From NCBI GenBank assembly GCA_964570365.1, contig CAZMXT010000001.1:73440-137439 (forward strand): a DNA stretch of 64,000 bases. Direction: 5' to 3'. Below are positions 48,312-57,437 of the stretch, piece by piece; position 1 is the first letter of the stretch; every line of letters starts with the position of its first letter. This stretch comes from an uncultured Pseudomonadales bacterium. GTDB lineage: Bacteria; Patescibacteriota; Microgenomatia; UBA1400; PJMF01. The position numbers and the translations under genes were made by a program. The notes below the pieces were generated by a model that did not search any database, had not been told where the DNA came from, and saw nothing but the letters and a program-made list of their open reading frames with translations.

Positions 48312-49532
48312 ATGCGCAGCTCTGCCTTTCTACTTGCCTGTAGTTTTTACTTTATACTCCTTACTTTTTACGCCGTTGCTTCTTTTGCGCTAACCGATCC
48401 AAATTTGGTGCTGACGAGCTGGCCACCCTTCTGGAACTTCCAACAGTGGATGTGGCAAACTTTCTTTCTCAATCGCCAACTTTTAGCTAGCACCTTTGGC
48501 GCTTTATTCATCGGCATGTTTGCTTCCTACTTATGCGTTGTACGAGCAGTTCAGCAACAAAGTCCCAAGCAAATTTTCTTGATCAGCTTGGTATTCGCTT
48601 TTCCATTACTCCTTTCCTATAACGCTTTATCGCACGACGTTTTCAATTATATTTTTAATGCCAAGATGGCTGTAATCTATCACGCCAACCCACATCAGCA
48701 CGTCGCCCTTGATTTTGCTCAAGATACCTGGACACGTTTCATGCATAACACACACACACCCGCACCGTATGGGTATGGCTGGACTCTATTTTCGCTCATA
48801 CCATTTCTGCTAGGAGTGGGTAAATTTACTTTCACTTGGCTTCTTTTCCGACTTACTAGCGTACTTAGCTTAGCTGTGCTTTTCTTCTCGCTCCAGCAAT
48901 TTCTAAAACAGGACACAAAGTCAGGAAAAAAATTTGCACTTCTTTTTTTTAATCCTTTGCTTTTAATCGAGGTCGTTAGCAACTCCCACAATGACCTCTG
49001 GATGATTGCGCCAGCTATCCTCGGGTTTAGTCTCGTTTTGAGATTAAAAAACAAACTATTTAATACACTTTTCGACCAGATCCTTATTTCCGCCGGACTG
49101 CTTCTCTTTTCTATCTCAGTCAAGTTAGCCACAGTGACTTTACTCCCATTTTGGGCTATCCTTGTCGCAGTTCGGGCGGTTCCTATGAACAACTGGGTTG
49201 GGCGCCCTCAGGACTTCTTAAAAAGGAACCTTCCACTGCTCTGTTCGCTCTGTCTATTCTTACTGCTCTTAACCCCTAGATCTCAACAATTCCATCCTTG
49301 GTACTTGGTTTGGATTTTGGCTTGGCTACCCCTGATTAAACAAAGATTTTGGACGTATGGGGTAGTGATTTTATCCGCCAGCTCTTTACTTCGTTATTTA
49401 CCCTGGATCTGGGCAGGAGGCTTTTCCCCTCTGATTATTCAGCAACAAAAAATGATCACTTGGATCCCACTACTGGTCTTTTCCGTAAGCTGGCTAACTC
49501 TGAGATTCATCAAACCCCGGCTTCAGCTATAA
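48312..49532 (+). CDS. polytopic membrane protein, hypothetical (possible GT-C)
   Basis: A 406-aa protein, hydrophobic throughout, with loop motif LSHDVFNYIFNAKMAVIYHANPH. It is coupled to the upstream DPM1-like gene by a 2-bp gap. Confidence 0.5.
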   Translation: MRSSAFLLACSFYFILLTFYAVASFALTDPNLVLTSWPPFWNFQQWMWQTFFLNRQLLASTFGALFIGMFASYLCVVRAVQQQSPKQIFLISLVFAFPLLLSYNALSHDVFNYIFNAKMAVIYHANPHQHVALDFAQDTWTRFMHNTHTPAPYGYGWTLFSLIPFLLGVGKFTFTWLLFRLTSVLSLAVLFFSLQQFLKQDTKSGKKFALLFFNPLLLIEVVSNSHNDLWMIAPAILGFSLVLRLKNKLFNTLFDQILISAGLLLFSISVKLATVTLLPFWAILVAVRAVPMNNWVGRPQDFLKRNLPLLCSLCLFLLLLTPRSQQFHPWYLVWILAWLPLIKQRFWTYGVVILSASSLLRYLPWIWAGGFSPLIIQQQKMITWIPLLVFSVSWLTLRFIKPRLQL

Positions 49533-49539
49533 TCAAATA

Positions 49540-51093
49540 GTGAAAACTCGTTACCTCTACCTCGGAATCATTTTAACTTACCTGCTTTCTCACTTATGGA
49601 ATCTGAGTGTATTTCCAGTTTTTTCTGATGAAGCTATCTATATTCGCTGGTCGCAATTGATACTAGACGACTGGAAACAGTACTTATTTTTTGCCATGAA
49701 TGACGGCAAAACACCATTATTTATTTGGCTACTTACTCCCTTACAGTTGTTTTTTAGCAATCAATTGGTAGCCGGCAGAATTTTGTCTGTAGCAGTTGGG
49801 CTTGCTCAAGTTCTCGTCATGGGCCAGCTAGTGAAGCAACTTGGTGGGCGACGGCAGACTCAATTTCTGGCCATGCTCTTTTCTACTCTGCTACCATTTT
49901 GGTTTTTTTCTCACCGCGTTGCTTTGATGGACGGTTTATTGACTCTCTTTCTTTCCTTAGCATTTTGGTCGGGGCTGAGGTTGGTTCAAGGGTCACAGAA
50001 AAATCTGCGGCACGCTGCCCCACTAATTACCTTGACTGGCATCTTTACTGGCTTAGCAGTTTGGAGCAAGCTCCCAGCCATTTTCTTTGTCGGTGCATTA
50101 CCACTATTGAGCTCACTGCCTGCCCAGCTAAGTCGGGAGGAAAGGGTCCGTAGATTCTTGTACTTAGGAGTGGCAGCAGGAATCGGTATTTTTATGTTGT
50201 TGCTACTGCGAGTTAGTCCCGCTTTTGGTCAACTGTTCAGTCGTAGTCAAGACTTTACCTACTCTCTAAGTGAAATCATGGTTGAAGGTAAATGGACCCA
50301 GACCTTGCCCAGCTTCCCTACTTACTTTGCATACTTTGGTCAGTATCTCACCTGGCCGGTAGTAGTCTTAAGTTTGGCTGGACTTTTTATGGATACAACC
50401 AGGAGGAAAGTAGCCATATTACTGCTATTTGCTGTAGCCTTCTGTCTGCCCATTACCTTGCTTGGAAAAGTCGTGTACCCTCGCTACTTATTGCCTGGAG
50501 CTATTTTCTTTACCTTGGCCAGCGTACTGACACTCCAAGCAATGCACGATCAAATATTTGTCCTAAAAAAAGCAAAGTCTATGCTTTATCAAGTGATGAT
50601 TGCATTGCTGTTTGCAGCTATTCTGGGAAATATTTTTACTGCTTCTGCCAGCTTTACTGCAGCCTTTACTTTTGCTCCCAATGCAACCCCGTTTGTCTCC
50701 GCTGACCGTCAACAGTACTTGGAGGAATGGTCATCAGGACACGGTATTTCCGAAGTAGCAGCAATGATTAAAGAGGCAGCCAAGACAAGAAAAATTGCAG
50801 TGGCCACAGAAGGCAGATTCGGCACTTTGCCTGACGGCCTACTGCTTTTCTTTCATCGTACGAATACCGAAAACATTTATATTGAAGGCACTGGTCAGTA
50901 CCCAGTCAAGACCTTGCCTGAATTCTTTGTCCAACGAGCTAAATTAGCCAACCAATCATGGTTAATAGTCAACTCCCATCGGATGGAGCTTCCCCTAGAC
51001 GAGTCCAAGTTAATTCGAGAATTTTGCCGACCCAACAACGCGCCCTGTCTTCAGGTCTGGGATGTAACGGATGAGGTGAAAAAGGCCCCTTAG
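49540..51093 (+). CDS. GT-C glycosyltransferase, PMT/ArnT-like
   Basis: Loop 1 reads VFPVFSDEAIYIRWSQLILDDW...DGKTPLFIW, a DE motif in the correct position. It is 517 aa with a C-terminal soluble domain. Confidence 0.65.
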   Translation: MKTRYLYLGIILTYLLSHLWNLSVFPVFSDEAIYIRWSQLILDDWKQYLFFAMNDGKTPLFIWLLTPLQLFFSNQLVAGRILSVAVGLAQVLVMGQLVKQLGGRRQTQFLAMLFSTLLPFWFFSHRVALMDGLLTLFLSLAFWSGLRLVQGSQKNLRHAAPLITLTGIFTGLAVWSKLPAIFFVGALPLLSSLPAQLSREERVRRFLYLGVAAGIGIFMLLLLRVSPAFGQLFSRSQDFTYSLSEIMVEGKWTQTLPSFPTYFAYFGQYLTWPVVVLSLAGLFMDTTRRKVAILLLFAVAFCLPITLLGKVVYPRYLLPGAIFFTLASVLTLQAMHDQIFVLKKAKSMLYQVMIALLFAAILGNIFTASASFTAAFTFAPNATPFVSADRQQYLEEWSSGHGISEVAAMIKEAAKTRKIAVATEGRFGTLPDGLLLFFHRTNTENIYIEGTGQYPVKTLPEFFVQRAKLANQSWLIVNSHRMELPLDESKLIREFCRPNNAPCLQVWDVTDEVKKAP

Positions 51094-51776
51094 GTAAGCT
51101 CATGGAGTGTTAATTCTTTAACGATGTACCCAAATCCCCGAATGGTTTGAATGATTGTGTTGTGGGAACCTAGCAGGATCCTGATCCGTCGCATGTAGAC
51201 GTCAATCGTGGTAAACGAAGGAGTATCTGCTTCCCCCCAAATATTATCGATGATCATTTCTCGGTTGATGACACAATTTTTATGACGAACTAAAAAAGCT
51301 AAAAGCTCAAACTCCCGCTTCCGAAGCTGGACAGTTCTCTGACCTACATGCACTAATCCAGCCCTGGGAAACAAACTCAGCTGGCCAGCTCTTAAAGGAC
51401 CGCTATCTAGATTCTTGGTTCTAGCTAACAGCTTCTGCACACGCAGTAGTAACTCAACACTAGAGAAGGGCTTCGCCAAGTAATCGTCTGCTCCTTTTTG
51501 TAGGCCAAAAATGCGATCAGGGATAGAGCACTTCTCGGAGAGAATCAAAATTGGAGAGGTTGATAGCGAATGGTGTAGATACTCAGCAATTTCTACCCCG
51601 TCACCGTCTGGCAATCGGCGATCGAGCATCACCAAGCTGGGACGATGAGTCGCCAAAAAAGTATATCCTTCCTCCAAGTTGGCTGCCGTAAAAACCCTAT
51701 ACTCGGACTTGGGTAATAGCTGCTGAATGGAGTGGGTCAACTGGGTATCATCTTCCACTACCAAAATATTGTGCAT
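51090..51776 (-). CDS. OmpR/PhoB-family response regulator (receiver plus winged-helix DNA-binding domain)
   Basis: The receiver domain reads ILVVEDDTQL...VMLDRRLPDGDG...KPFS. The C-terminal winged-helix domain reads TVQLRKREFELLAFL...TIRGFGYIV. No histidine kinase is adjacent. Confidence 0.9.
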   Translation of the reverse strand: MHNILVVEDDTQLTHSIQQLLPKSEYRVFTAANLEEGYTFLATHRPSLVMLDRRLPDGDGVEIAEYLHHSLSTSPILILSEKCSIPDRIFGLQKGADDYLAKPFSSVELLLRVQKLLARTKNLDSGPLRAGQLSLFPRAGLVHVGQRTVQLRKREFELLAFLVRHKNCVINREMIIDNIWGEADTPSFTTIDVYMRRIRILLGSHNTIIQTIRGFGYIVKELTLHELT

Positions 51777-51851
51777 ACCCTGACTATATCAAAGAAGATT
51801 AAATTATTCTTAAATTTTGGGAGAAATTGGCGAGCAGATTTTGAAACTTTG

Positions 51852-51922
51852 ATCCCAGGCTAGGATTCGAACCTAGAAGAACAGGGTCAGAACCTGTTGT
51901 GATGCCATTTCACTACCTGGGA
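51852..51922 (-). tRNA. tRNA-Gln (anticodon CUG)
   Basis: The reverse complement folds as a cloverleaf: acceptor TCCCAGG/CCTGGGA, D-stem GTGA/TCAC, anticodon stem ACAGG/CCTGT with loop TTCTGAC, and T-arm CTAGG-TTCGAAT-CCTAG. It has a U1-A72 pair and no encoded CCA. Confidence 0.75.
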
Positions 51923-52072
51923 GCTCAGCACTTAACCGAGGAATTATAACAAAACTCCTCCATTCCTACAGCTAGGGCTTCATTTAATAATCTTTTAATA
52001 TTGCTGTCATTGTTTTGTCATCTATTTTAAATAGAATTTGTCTATTATTACTCTACGAATAAAAGAACTCTT

Positions 52073-52666
52073 ATGAGCAGAGAAAAAAAGAATCCCGTTG
52101 TGCAGGGTGACCTAGCAGAAACAGCTCGTACCCAACCACTTCCCTTTATTTTAATGAACGGGGAGTGGCAGGATGGCACTCCTTGGCAGTTTGTGGCCAC
52201 TCCATCTTCAGAAAACTTTCCCAACCCTAGTCTGTGTACAGCTGCCTTCTGTGTGGTGACTTATCAAGAAAAACTCGTCGTGGTTGAGCACACCAAACGA
52301 GGGATCGAGCTCCCCGGCGGGCATGTTGATCCAGATGAAGAAATTCCCCGGACCGTTGAGCGGGAGGTACTAGAAGAATCTGGCGCCAGAGTCCTCCAGC
52401 CCACCTTTTTTGGCTACAAGAAAGTCTCACCAGCGAATCCAATTCCTCATCGAGATGATCAAAGCAAATTTTATCCTTTTCCTCATTCCTTTGTTCCCTA
52501 CTACTTCTGCGAAGCTGCAGAGATGCTCAATGTGCCGTTGGCAGCGGACGTGAAGGCTGTCCACTTAGTTACCCTCCAGGAAGCTCGCCAGCTCTTCACG
52601 CCAGGACAGAATCATCACGTAATCATTCAACACTTACTCCAACAAGGAGTCATCAGACTGCAATGA
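52073..52666 (+). CDS. NUDIX hydrolase
   Basis: The Nudix box GGHVDPDEEIPRTVEREVLEESG is present. It is the first gene of the aminosugar operon. Confidence 0.85.
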   Translation: MSREKKNPVVQGDLAETARTQPLPFILMNGEWQDGTPWQFVATPSSENFPNPSLCTAAFCVVTYQEKLVVVEHTKRGIELPGGHVDPDEEIPRTVEREVLEESGARVLQPTFFGYKKVSPANPIPHRDDQSKFYPFPHSFVPYYFCEAAEMLNVPLAADVKAVHLVTLQEARQLFTPGQNHHVIIQHLLQQGVIRLQ

Positions 52667-53643
52667 TGAAGCCAACTCCACCAATCACCCGACCTATTTC
52701 TATTGGCTTGATTGGCTATGGAAAGCAAGGTAGTCAGCACTTTGAGAGCCTACTTCCACTGATCAAACAGCATCGAATCCAGATCTGCGGTATTTGTGAC
52801 CTACTCCAGCCTGGAACATTTCAAAATATCCCCTTTTTTCAGGATTACCGTGATCTGTTGGCAGAGCAAAAACCAGATGCGGTCATTATCACCACTCCTA
52901 ACTACTTACACCAAGAGATCGGCATGGCAGCGCTCAGCGCAGGTTGTGACATCATTAAGGAAAAGCCATTGGCAACTTCGTATGCCGAGGGCAAAGAGCT
53001 GATTCAACGAGCAGAAACGCTGGACCGATTGGTCATTACTGCCCAGCAGCGTTTCTACTCTCCATTTTTTCAAAAGGTAAAGCAGCTCATTCCTGAGCTG
53101 GGAGAAATCTTGGACTTCTCTTATCACTTCACCGTCAATGATGAAACCAATAGCTGGTACTGGGAACTGGCAAAAGCCGGCGGAGGTAGCTGGTTAAATA
53201 TGGGCTGGCACGGCATTACGATTTTGCAGTGGCTGCTTGGTCCAGTCACCGATGTCCAACTGACCTGGAACACAGGCGGCAAACGCAACTGGGTGTATGA
53301 CACTGACCACAGCTCATTCGCCCGCCTTACTATTAACCAGAACACTACCGGTCATGTGTTCTTCAGCTGTATCTACCCAAAAGAAGAGTCGCTCAAGATT
53401 GTTGGCAATAATGGCACAATTCTCCTGACGCGGGAAAAGTTGAAGTTTATTACTTCTACCAAGGTTCGCGTTTACCGCTCCTTTCAACCCACTACCACTG
53501 CCTATGTCCGCCAGTATCAGCGCATCTTTCAACAGTTGGGGACGCGAGAGCACCGCATGCAGGCAGATCTTCAAACGTTGGCCGTTATCTCACAGGGAAT
53601 CGAGTCCCTCAATAAAGGAGGCTTCCATGCCAAAAAAAACTGA
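52663..53643 (+). CDS. Gfo/Idh/MocA-family NAD(P)-dependent sugar oxidoreductase (WbpB/WlbA-like candidate)
   Basis: It has ISIGLIGYGKQGSQH (Rossmann) and ITTPNYLHQEIGMAAL...EKPLA, a typical Gfo/Idh/MocA N-domain. Confidence 0.8.
   Translation: MMKPTPPITRPISIGLIGYGKQGSQHFESLLPLIKQHRIQICGICDLLQPGTFQNIPFFQDYRDLLAEQKPDAVIITTPNYLHQEIGMAALSAGCDIIKEKPLATSYAEGKELIQRAETLDRLVITAQQRFYSPFFQKVKQLIPELGEILDFSYHFTVNDETNSWYWELAKAGGGSWLNMGWHGITILQWLLGPVTDVQLTWNTGGKRNWVYDTDHSSFARLTINQNTTGHVFFSCIYPKEESLKIVGNNGTILLTREKLKFITSTKVRVYRSFQPTTTAYVRQYQRIFQQLGTREHRMQADLQTLAVISQGIESLNKGGFHAKKN
53612..53620 (+). promoter_or_regulatory. Shine-Dalgarno sequence (AAAGGAGG) for the aminotransferase gene
   Basis: A perfect AAGGAGG core lies 7 nt upstream of the ATG at 53627, inside the 3' end of the preceding gene. 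Confidence 0.5.
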
Positions 53644-54901
53644 AGCGATCTTGGCCATTAATGGTGGTATCCCCGCCGTTACACTTACCCCACCCCATCA
53701 TATCTGGCCACCTGCTCCGACCGAAGATGAAAGACGGGATTTAATGCAGCAACGAGAGCTTGATATCGGCATTAAAGGCCGCGTCGGACCTATCCGAGTT
53801 TTTGAGGAACTGTTTAAAGACTTTCTGGAACACCAGGTTCAGTATGCGATTACCTTCAACTCCGGCACCTCAGCGCTCCTGGCAGCGTACTTTGCACTAG
53901 GTATTGAAGAAGGTGATGAAGTGATTGCCCCAGCAATTACCTACCATGCGGCTGTTAGTTGCCTATATTTTTTACGCGCCAATCCTGTCCTCGTAGATGT
54001 AGAACTAGATACCTGGACGATTGATCCGGCCAAGATTGAAGCCGCAATTTCTCCGCGGACCAAAGCAATTATTGTCGTTCATCAATGGGGGCATCCCGCT
54101 GACATGGATCGCATCCTTGCAATCGCCAAGAAGCATCGCCTCAAAGTCATTGAGGATTGTTCTCATGCTCACGGCAGTCGGTACAAGGGGAGACTAGTGG
54201 GCACATTCGGTGAGGTGGCAGTCTTCTCACTCCAAACCAATAAGCTGATCTTCGCTGGAGAAGGGGGGATTTTAGTCACGAATAGCATGGAGGTGCACGA
54301 TCGGGCGACCTTGCTCGGACATTATCGAGATCGTTCTAAAAATGAAGTTATCTCTAAGTTCTATCAGCAATTTTGGGTGACGGGCTATGGTCTAAAACTT
54401 CGCATGTCTCCCTACAATGCCATTACCGCCATCCATTCTTTAGCGGCTGCTCATACGCGAATTGCCATGCGCAAAGCTTGTTTGGAGTACTTTTCTGAGA
54501 AACTACGAGTCTTTCCAGAACTAACTATTCTGCAACCGAGAACTGAAGTGGAACTAGGTGCCTGGTATGGCTTCAAGCCTCGGTATGATTCCAGCAAGTT
54601 TCATAGTATTTCTCGTCAAAAATATATTGATGCGTTAGTTGCAGAAGGGGTAGATGTGAGTGAGCCAGGTTCGCCAGCCTTTTCGAGCTTGCCTCTTTTT
54701 ACTCTCAAAGATGACCAGATGTTTCGCAATCGTGATACTAAAAAAGTCTATCAGCCTGGTGACTTTCCTCAGGCAGAAAGATTAGCTCGTGAAAGCCTTT
54801 CCCTCCCGACATTCTCACGTTGGCCAGATGACAAAAAAGCTATGAATCAGTATGTCGCTGCGTTTCAAAAGTTACATGATAACTGGCAGGAATTAGCATG
54901 A
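53627..54901 (+). CDS. DegT/DnrJ/EryC1/StrS-family PLP-dependent sugar aminotransferase
   Basis: It has ITFNSGTSALLAAYFALGIEEGDEVI...HQWGHPADM...FSLQTNKLI (PLP-lysine region). The start is set at MPKK (ATG 53627-53629), 7 nt downstream of AAAGGAGG. The track's longer ORF starting at 53504 overlaps the previous gene. Confidence 0.85.
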   Translation: MPKKTEAILAINGGIPAVTLTPPHHIWPPAPTEDERRDLMQQRELDIGIKGRVGPIRVFEELFKDFLEHQVQYAITFNSGTSALLAAYFALGIEEGDEVIAPAITYHAAVSCLYFLRANPVLVDVELDTWTIDPAKIEAAISPRTKAIIVVHQWGHPADMDRILAIAKKHRLKVIEDCSHAHGSRYKGRLVGTFGEVAVFSLQTNKLIFAGEGGILVTNSMEVHDRATLLGHYRDRSKNEVISKFYQQFWVTGYGLKLRMSPYNAITAIHSLAAAHTRIAMRKACLEYFSEKLRVFPELTILQPRTEVELGAWYGFKPRYDSSKFHSISRQKYIDALVAEGVDVSEPGSPAFSSLPLFTLKDDQMFRNRDTKKVYQPGDFPQAERLARESLSLPTFSRWPDDKKAMNQYVAAFQKLHDNWQELA

Positions 54902-55464
54902 CCAAGATCTTATTCACTGGTACTACTAGCTCGGGAAAAACCACCCTCCTGCGTCACTTTAAAGCAAACTCGAGAGTTGGCGTCACCGTTATTGATGAAG
55001 TAGCCCGACCAATTCTGGAAAATCATCCTGAGCTCCTCAAAAGCCCCCAACTACAAAGCATTATTTTTGCCGAACAAACCAGGCTAGAAAAAGAGGCGGC
55101 GGCGGCGGGAGCAGGGGTCATTCTCTGCGACCGAGGCAGCGTAGACGTTCTGGCACATGCAAAACTTTTTGGTCAGGAACTTCTCCCAGAGTGGCGCACC
55201 TGGAGCCAGCAGGAATATGACCAAATTTACTTGCTTGACCAGAAGGACATTCGGTTCCAGCGAACACCCCTTCAGCAACACCTGGAAGAACAGGACTGGG
55301 GAAAGTTCCGGATGGACTTAGAAGCGCAACTCCACCTTACCTTAGCTGAGTGCGGTTTGGCCTACACTATTCTCTCTGGGAGCGTAGAGCATCGAATTGC
55401 TCAGGTTGAAGAGAAAATCTGGCAAAGCTTGTGGGAAGCAGAAAGACGGCATCAGAAAGAGTAA
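54898..55464 (+). CDS. P-loop NTPase / predicted kinase (AAA_28/NadR-kinase-like)
   Basis: It has the Walker A motif FTGTTSSGKTT and a Walker B-like VILCDRG. It is 188 aa and ATGA-coupled to the aminotransferase. Confidence 0.55.
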   Translation: MTKILFTGTTSSGKTTLLRHFKANSRVGVTVIDEVARPILENHPELLKSPQLQSIIFAEQTRLEKEAAAAGAGVILCDRGSVDVLAHAKLFGQELLPEWRTWSQQEYDQIYLLDQKDIRFQRTPLQQHLEEQDWGKFRMDLEAQLHLTLAECGLAYTILSGSVEHRIAQVEEKIWQSLWEAERRHQKE

Positions 55465-55465
55465 G

Positions 55466-56227
55466 ATGCCCATTTTTAATCAAAGCATTTTCTTTTGGTG
55501 CTGCAAGCCACTAGGTGCTCTTTGTCTGGAATTCCTTCTCCAGACACTTGAAAAACAGTACTCAATCACCAAGCTTCTTGGTGTCTGTACTGCTACAACT
55601 GATTCCTCTCATCAGCAGATTAGTGAGATCGCCCAAAAGTATAACGTTCCTGTTTTTACGGAAGACCAGCCGATCGATCTACATGCTGATCTAGGTCTAG
55701 TGATAGGCTTTCCACAGCGCATCCCACTCAGTACCATCCAACGTTTTTCGCATGGAGTAATCAACCTGCACTTTGCCCCCCTGCCCGAATATCGGGGCTC
55801 GGGTACTCTCACTCATGCCATCATTAACCAAGCAGAGACGTATGGCCTGACCTTCCACTATATTGACGAGAAACTAGATACTGGACCAATCATTGCTACG
55901 CGACTGATTCCACTTTCTCCCACCAAAATAGCCTCACAGGTAATCGAAGAGCTGGAGGAACTTGGCTTTAGTTTTTTCCAGGAGTATCTAGAGCGCTTTA
56001 TCACTACTAAACTGCCGACTACCCCACAAGCAGAGTTGATCAGGCACTTTCAGATCATTCCGAAGTTCTGCACGCGGAAATCCATTGAAGAATTATATGA
56101 GCTCTCTCCAGCTTGGTCACTCGAAAAAATCCACCGCTATGTACGAGCGCTGAGTCTGGGAAAAAATCGCCAACCATACTTCAAGTTTGGAGAACAGAAA
56201 ATCTTTTTGAGCCTTAGGCAAACGTAA
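55466..56227 (+). CDS. formyltransferase (Fmt/ArnA-N/PurN-type N-10-formyl-THF-dependent sugar N-formyltransferase candidate)
   Basis: NLHFAPLPEYRGSGTLTHAIIN matches the HxSLLPxxRG formyltransferase core, and the catalytic Asp region DEKLDTGPII is present. The start is placed at MPIFNQ (ATG 55466), immediately after the upstream stop. Confidence 0.7.
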   Translation: MPIFNQSIFFWCCKPLGALCLEFLLQTLEKQYSITKLLGVCTATTDSSHQQISEIAQKYNVPVFTEDQPIDLHADLGLVIGFPQRIPLSTIQRFSHGVINLHFAPLPEYRGSGTLTHAIINQAETYGLTFHYIDEKLDTGPIIATRLIPLSPTKIASQVIEELEELGFSFFQEYLERFITTKLPTTPQAELIRHFQIIPKFCTRKSIEELYELSPAWSLEKIHRYVRALSLGKNRQPYFKFGEQKIFLSLRQT

Positions 56228-57437
56228 ACATGCCCTTTTCGTAAATCACTCGGCGTGTACCGTTGGTCATGACAGCTGTCACAGTTCGATCAGTTGTGGA
56301 GATAATGTCAGTGTGCTCAGGAGAGTCGTTGAAGCCATGAGCTTCCCAGTCTTCCTTACTCAGATCTGCCGGGTTACCGCGATAACAATCCTTGTATGCC
56401 ATCCCAATTGCTAAGTGAGTATTCCCAAAAGGGCCACCGATATTTTCATCATAGAGCGTCTCTGCCATCACGTGTGTGATCCGAGACATTCGCTTGTCGG
56501 TGAGGGAGTATTCACCAATTTTATTGGCGTTCTTACTCTTGAGCATCTGTTGCAGTAATTTGTTGCCGACTCGAGCATGAGCCTGCGTCACTATGCCATC
56601 TTTAAATGTCAGCGAAATATCTCGCAGGACATTGCCATAACGGTAAAGTGGTTGATTAAACTTAATCCACCCTTCAGTGCCTCGCCAATCCGGTGACGTA
56701 AAAAACTCAAAGCTGGGAATATTGCGACCACCTCCCCCATTCCAGATTCGATTGGCACCGAGCTTGACCCGCAAATCCACGTCTTTCCCTTTTACTTCCA
56801 AGTAATCAATCTCCATCTCGTTGAGTTTTGCTTTGATCTGACGTTGGAAGATGAGTAACTCTTGCCACTCAGCCACGGGATTTGCCTTGTCCAGGAAGCA
56901 AGCCTTAATGATTTGTTGCCAGTAGTCTTTTAAGGAAAGACCAACTTCTCTGGCTGCTGCCTCTACTCCCCAGAGTCCAATCGTCCAGGTAAACTTTCCT
57001 TGAGTTTCTTTCTCAACTAACCACTCGCGATACTTGGTTTTTGAGTCGCGGGACAAAGTGATTTTCTGTGGATCAATATTCTTCAATTCTTGAGGATCCA
57101 CGTCAGCAATGATCGAGATATGATGATTCAATAAGGCAACTTTGGCTTTGGTGAACTCTGCTGGAAAGAACTCTAGTTGGTCATTTGATGCCAGCTGGAA
57201 AAAGTCTTTGCTAAAACCGGTCGGGGTTAAGCGGATAATCGGATGTCCGCCTGCTTCCAGGATGACATTCTGCAACTCCCGCGCTAGGGGTTTGGCCACA
57301 TCTGGGACTGTACACTCCACGACTTCCCCAGCCTTCATTCCTTTCCCTGAGTTCAGGGCGAACTTAACTAATACTTCCGCATATCGACGTAAAATTTTGG
57401 TAGGAGGTAGATAAAAAGAAGTATCTAAAGTTTTCAT
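56214..57437 (-). CDS. aminopeptidase, M29 (AmpS/PepS) family
   Basis: A 407-aa protein whose N-terminus (RRYAEVLVKFALNSGKGMKAGEVV) matches the conserved M29 start. It contains the metal-binding His/Glu/Asp-rich segments. Confidence 0.65.
   Translation of the reverse strand: MKTLDTSFYLPPTKILRRYAEVLVKFALNSGKGMKAGEVVECTVPDVAKPLARELQNVILEAGGHPIIRLTPTGFSKDFFQLASNDQLEFFPAEFTKAKVALLNHHISIIADVDPQELKNIDPQKITLSRDSKTKYREWLVEKETQGKFTWTIGLWGVEAAAREVGLSLKDYWQQIIKACFLDKANPVAEWQELLIFQRQIKAKLNEMEIDYLEVKGKDVDLRVKLGANRIWNGGGGRNIPSFEFFTSPDWRGTEGWIKFNQPLYRYGNVLRDISLTFKDGIVTQAHARVGNKLLQQMLKSKNANKIGEYSLTDKRMSRITHVMAETLYDENIGGPFGNTHLAIGMAYKDCYRGNPADLSKEDWEAHGFNDSPEHTDIISTTDRTVTAVMTNGTRRVIYEKGMFTFA

Noticed and set aside
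1391-51093. Lower GC of the membrane-protein genes (about 36-40%) versus the housekeeping and sugar-nucleotide genes (about 45-52%) as evidence of horizontal acquisition
   Set aside because: The difference tracks amino-acid composition (Phe, Leu, Ile and Lys-rich TM proteins use AT-rich codons). Junctions are seamless with translational coupling, so there is no clear island boundary.
53504-53626. Long N-terminal extensions of track ORFs (53504 for the aminotransferase, 26855 for a GT39, 60554 for ybeY, 43806 for gmd, 55397 for the formyltransferase)
   Set aside because: Each extension overlaps the upstream gene. An internal ATG with an ATGA overlap or an RBS gives a start that matches the conserved N-terminus of the family.
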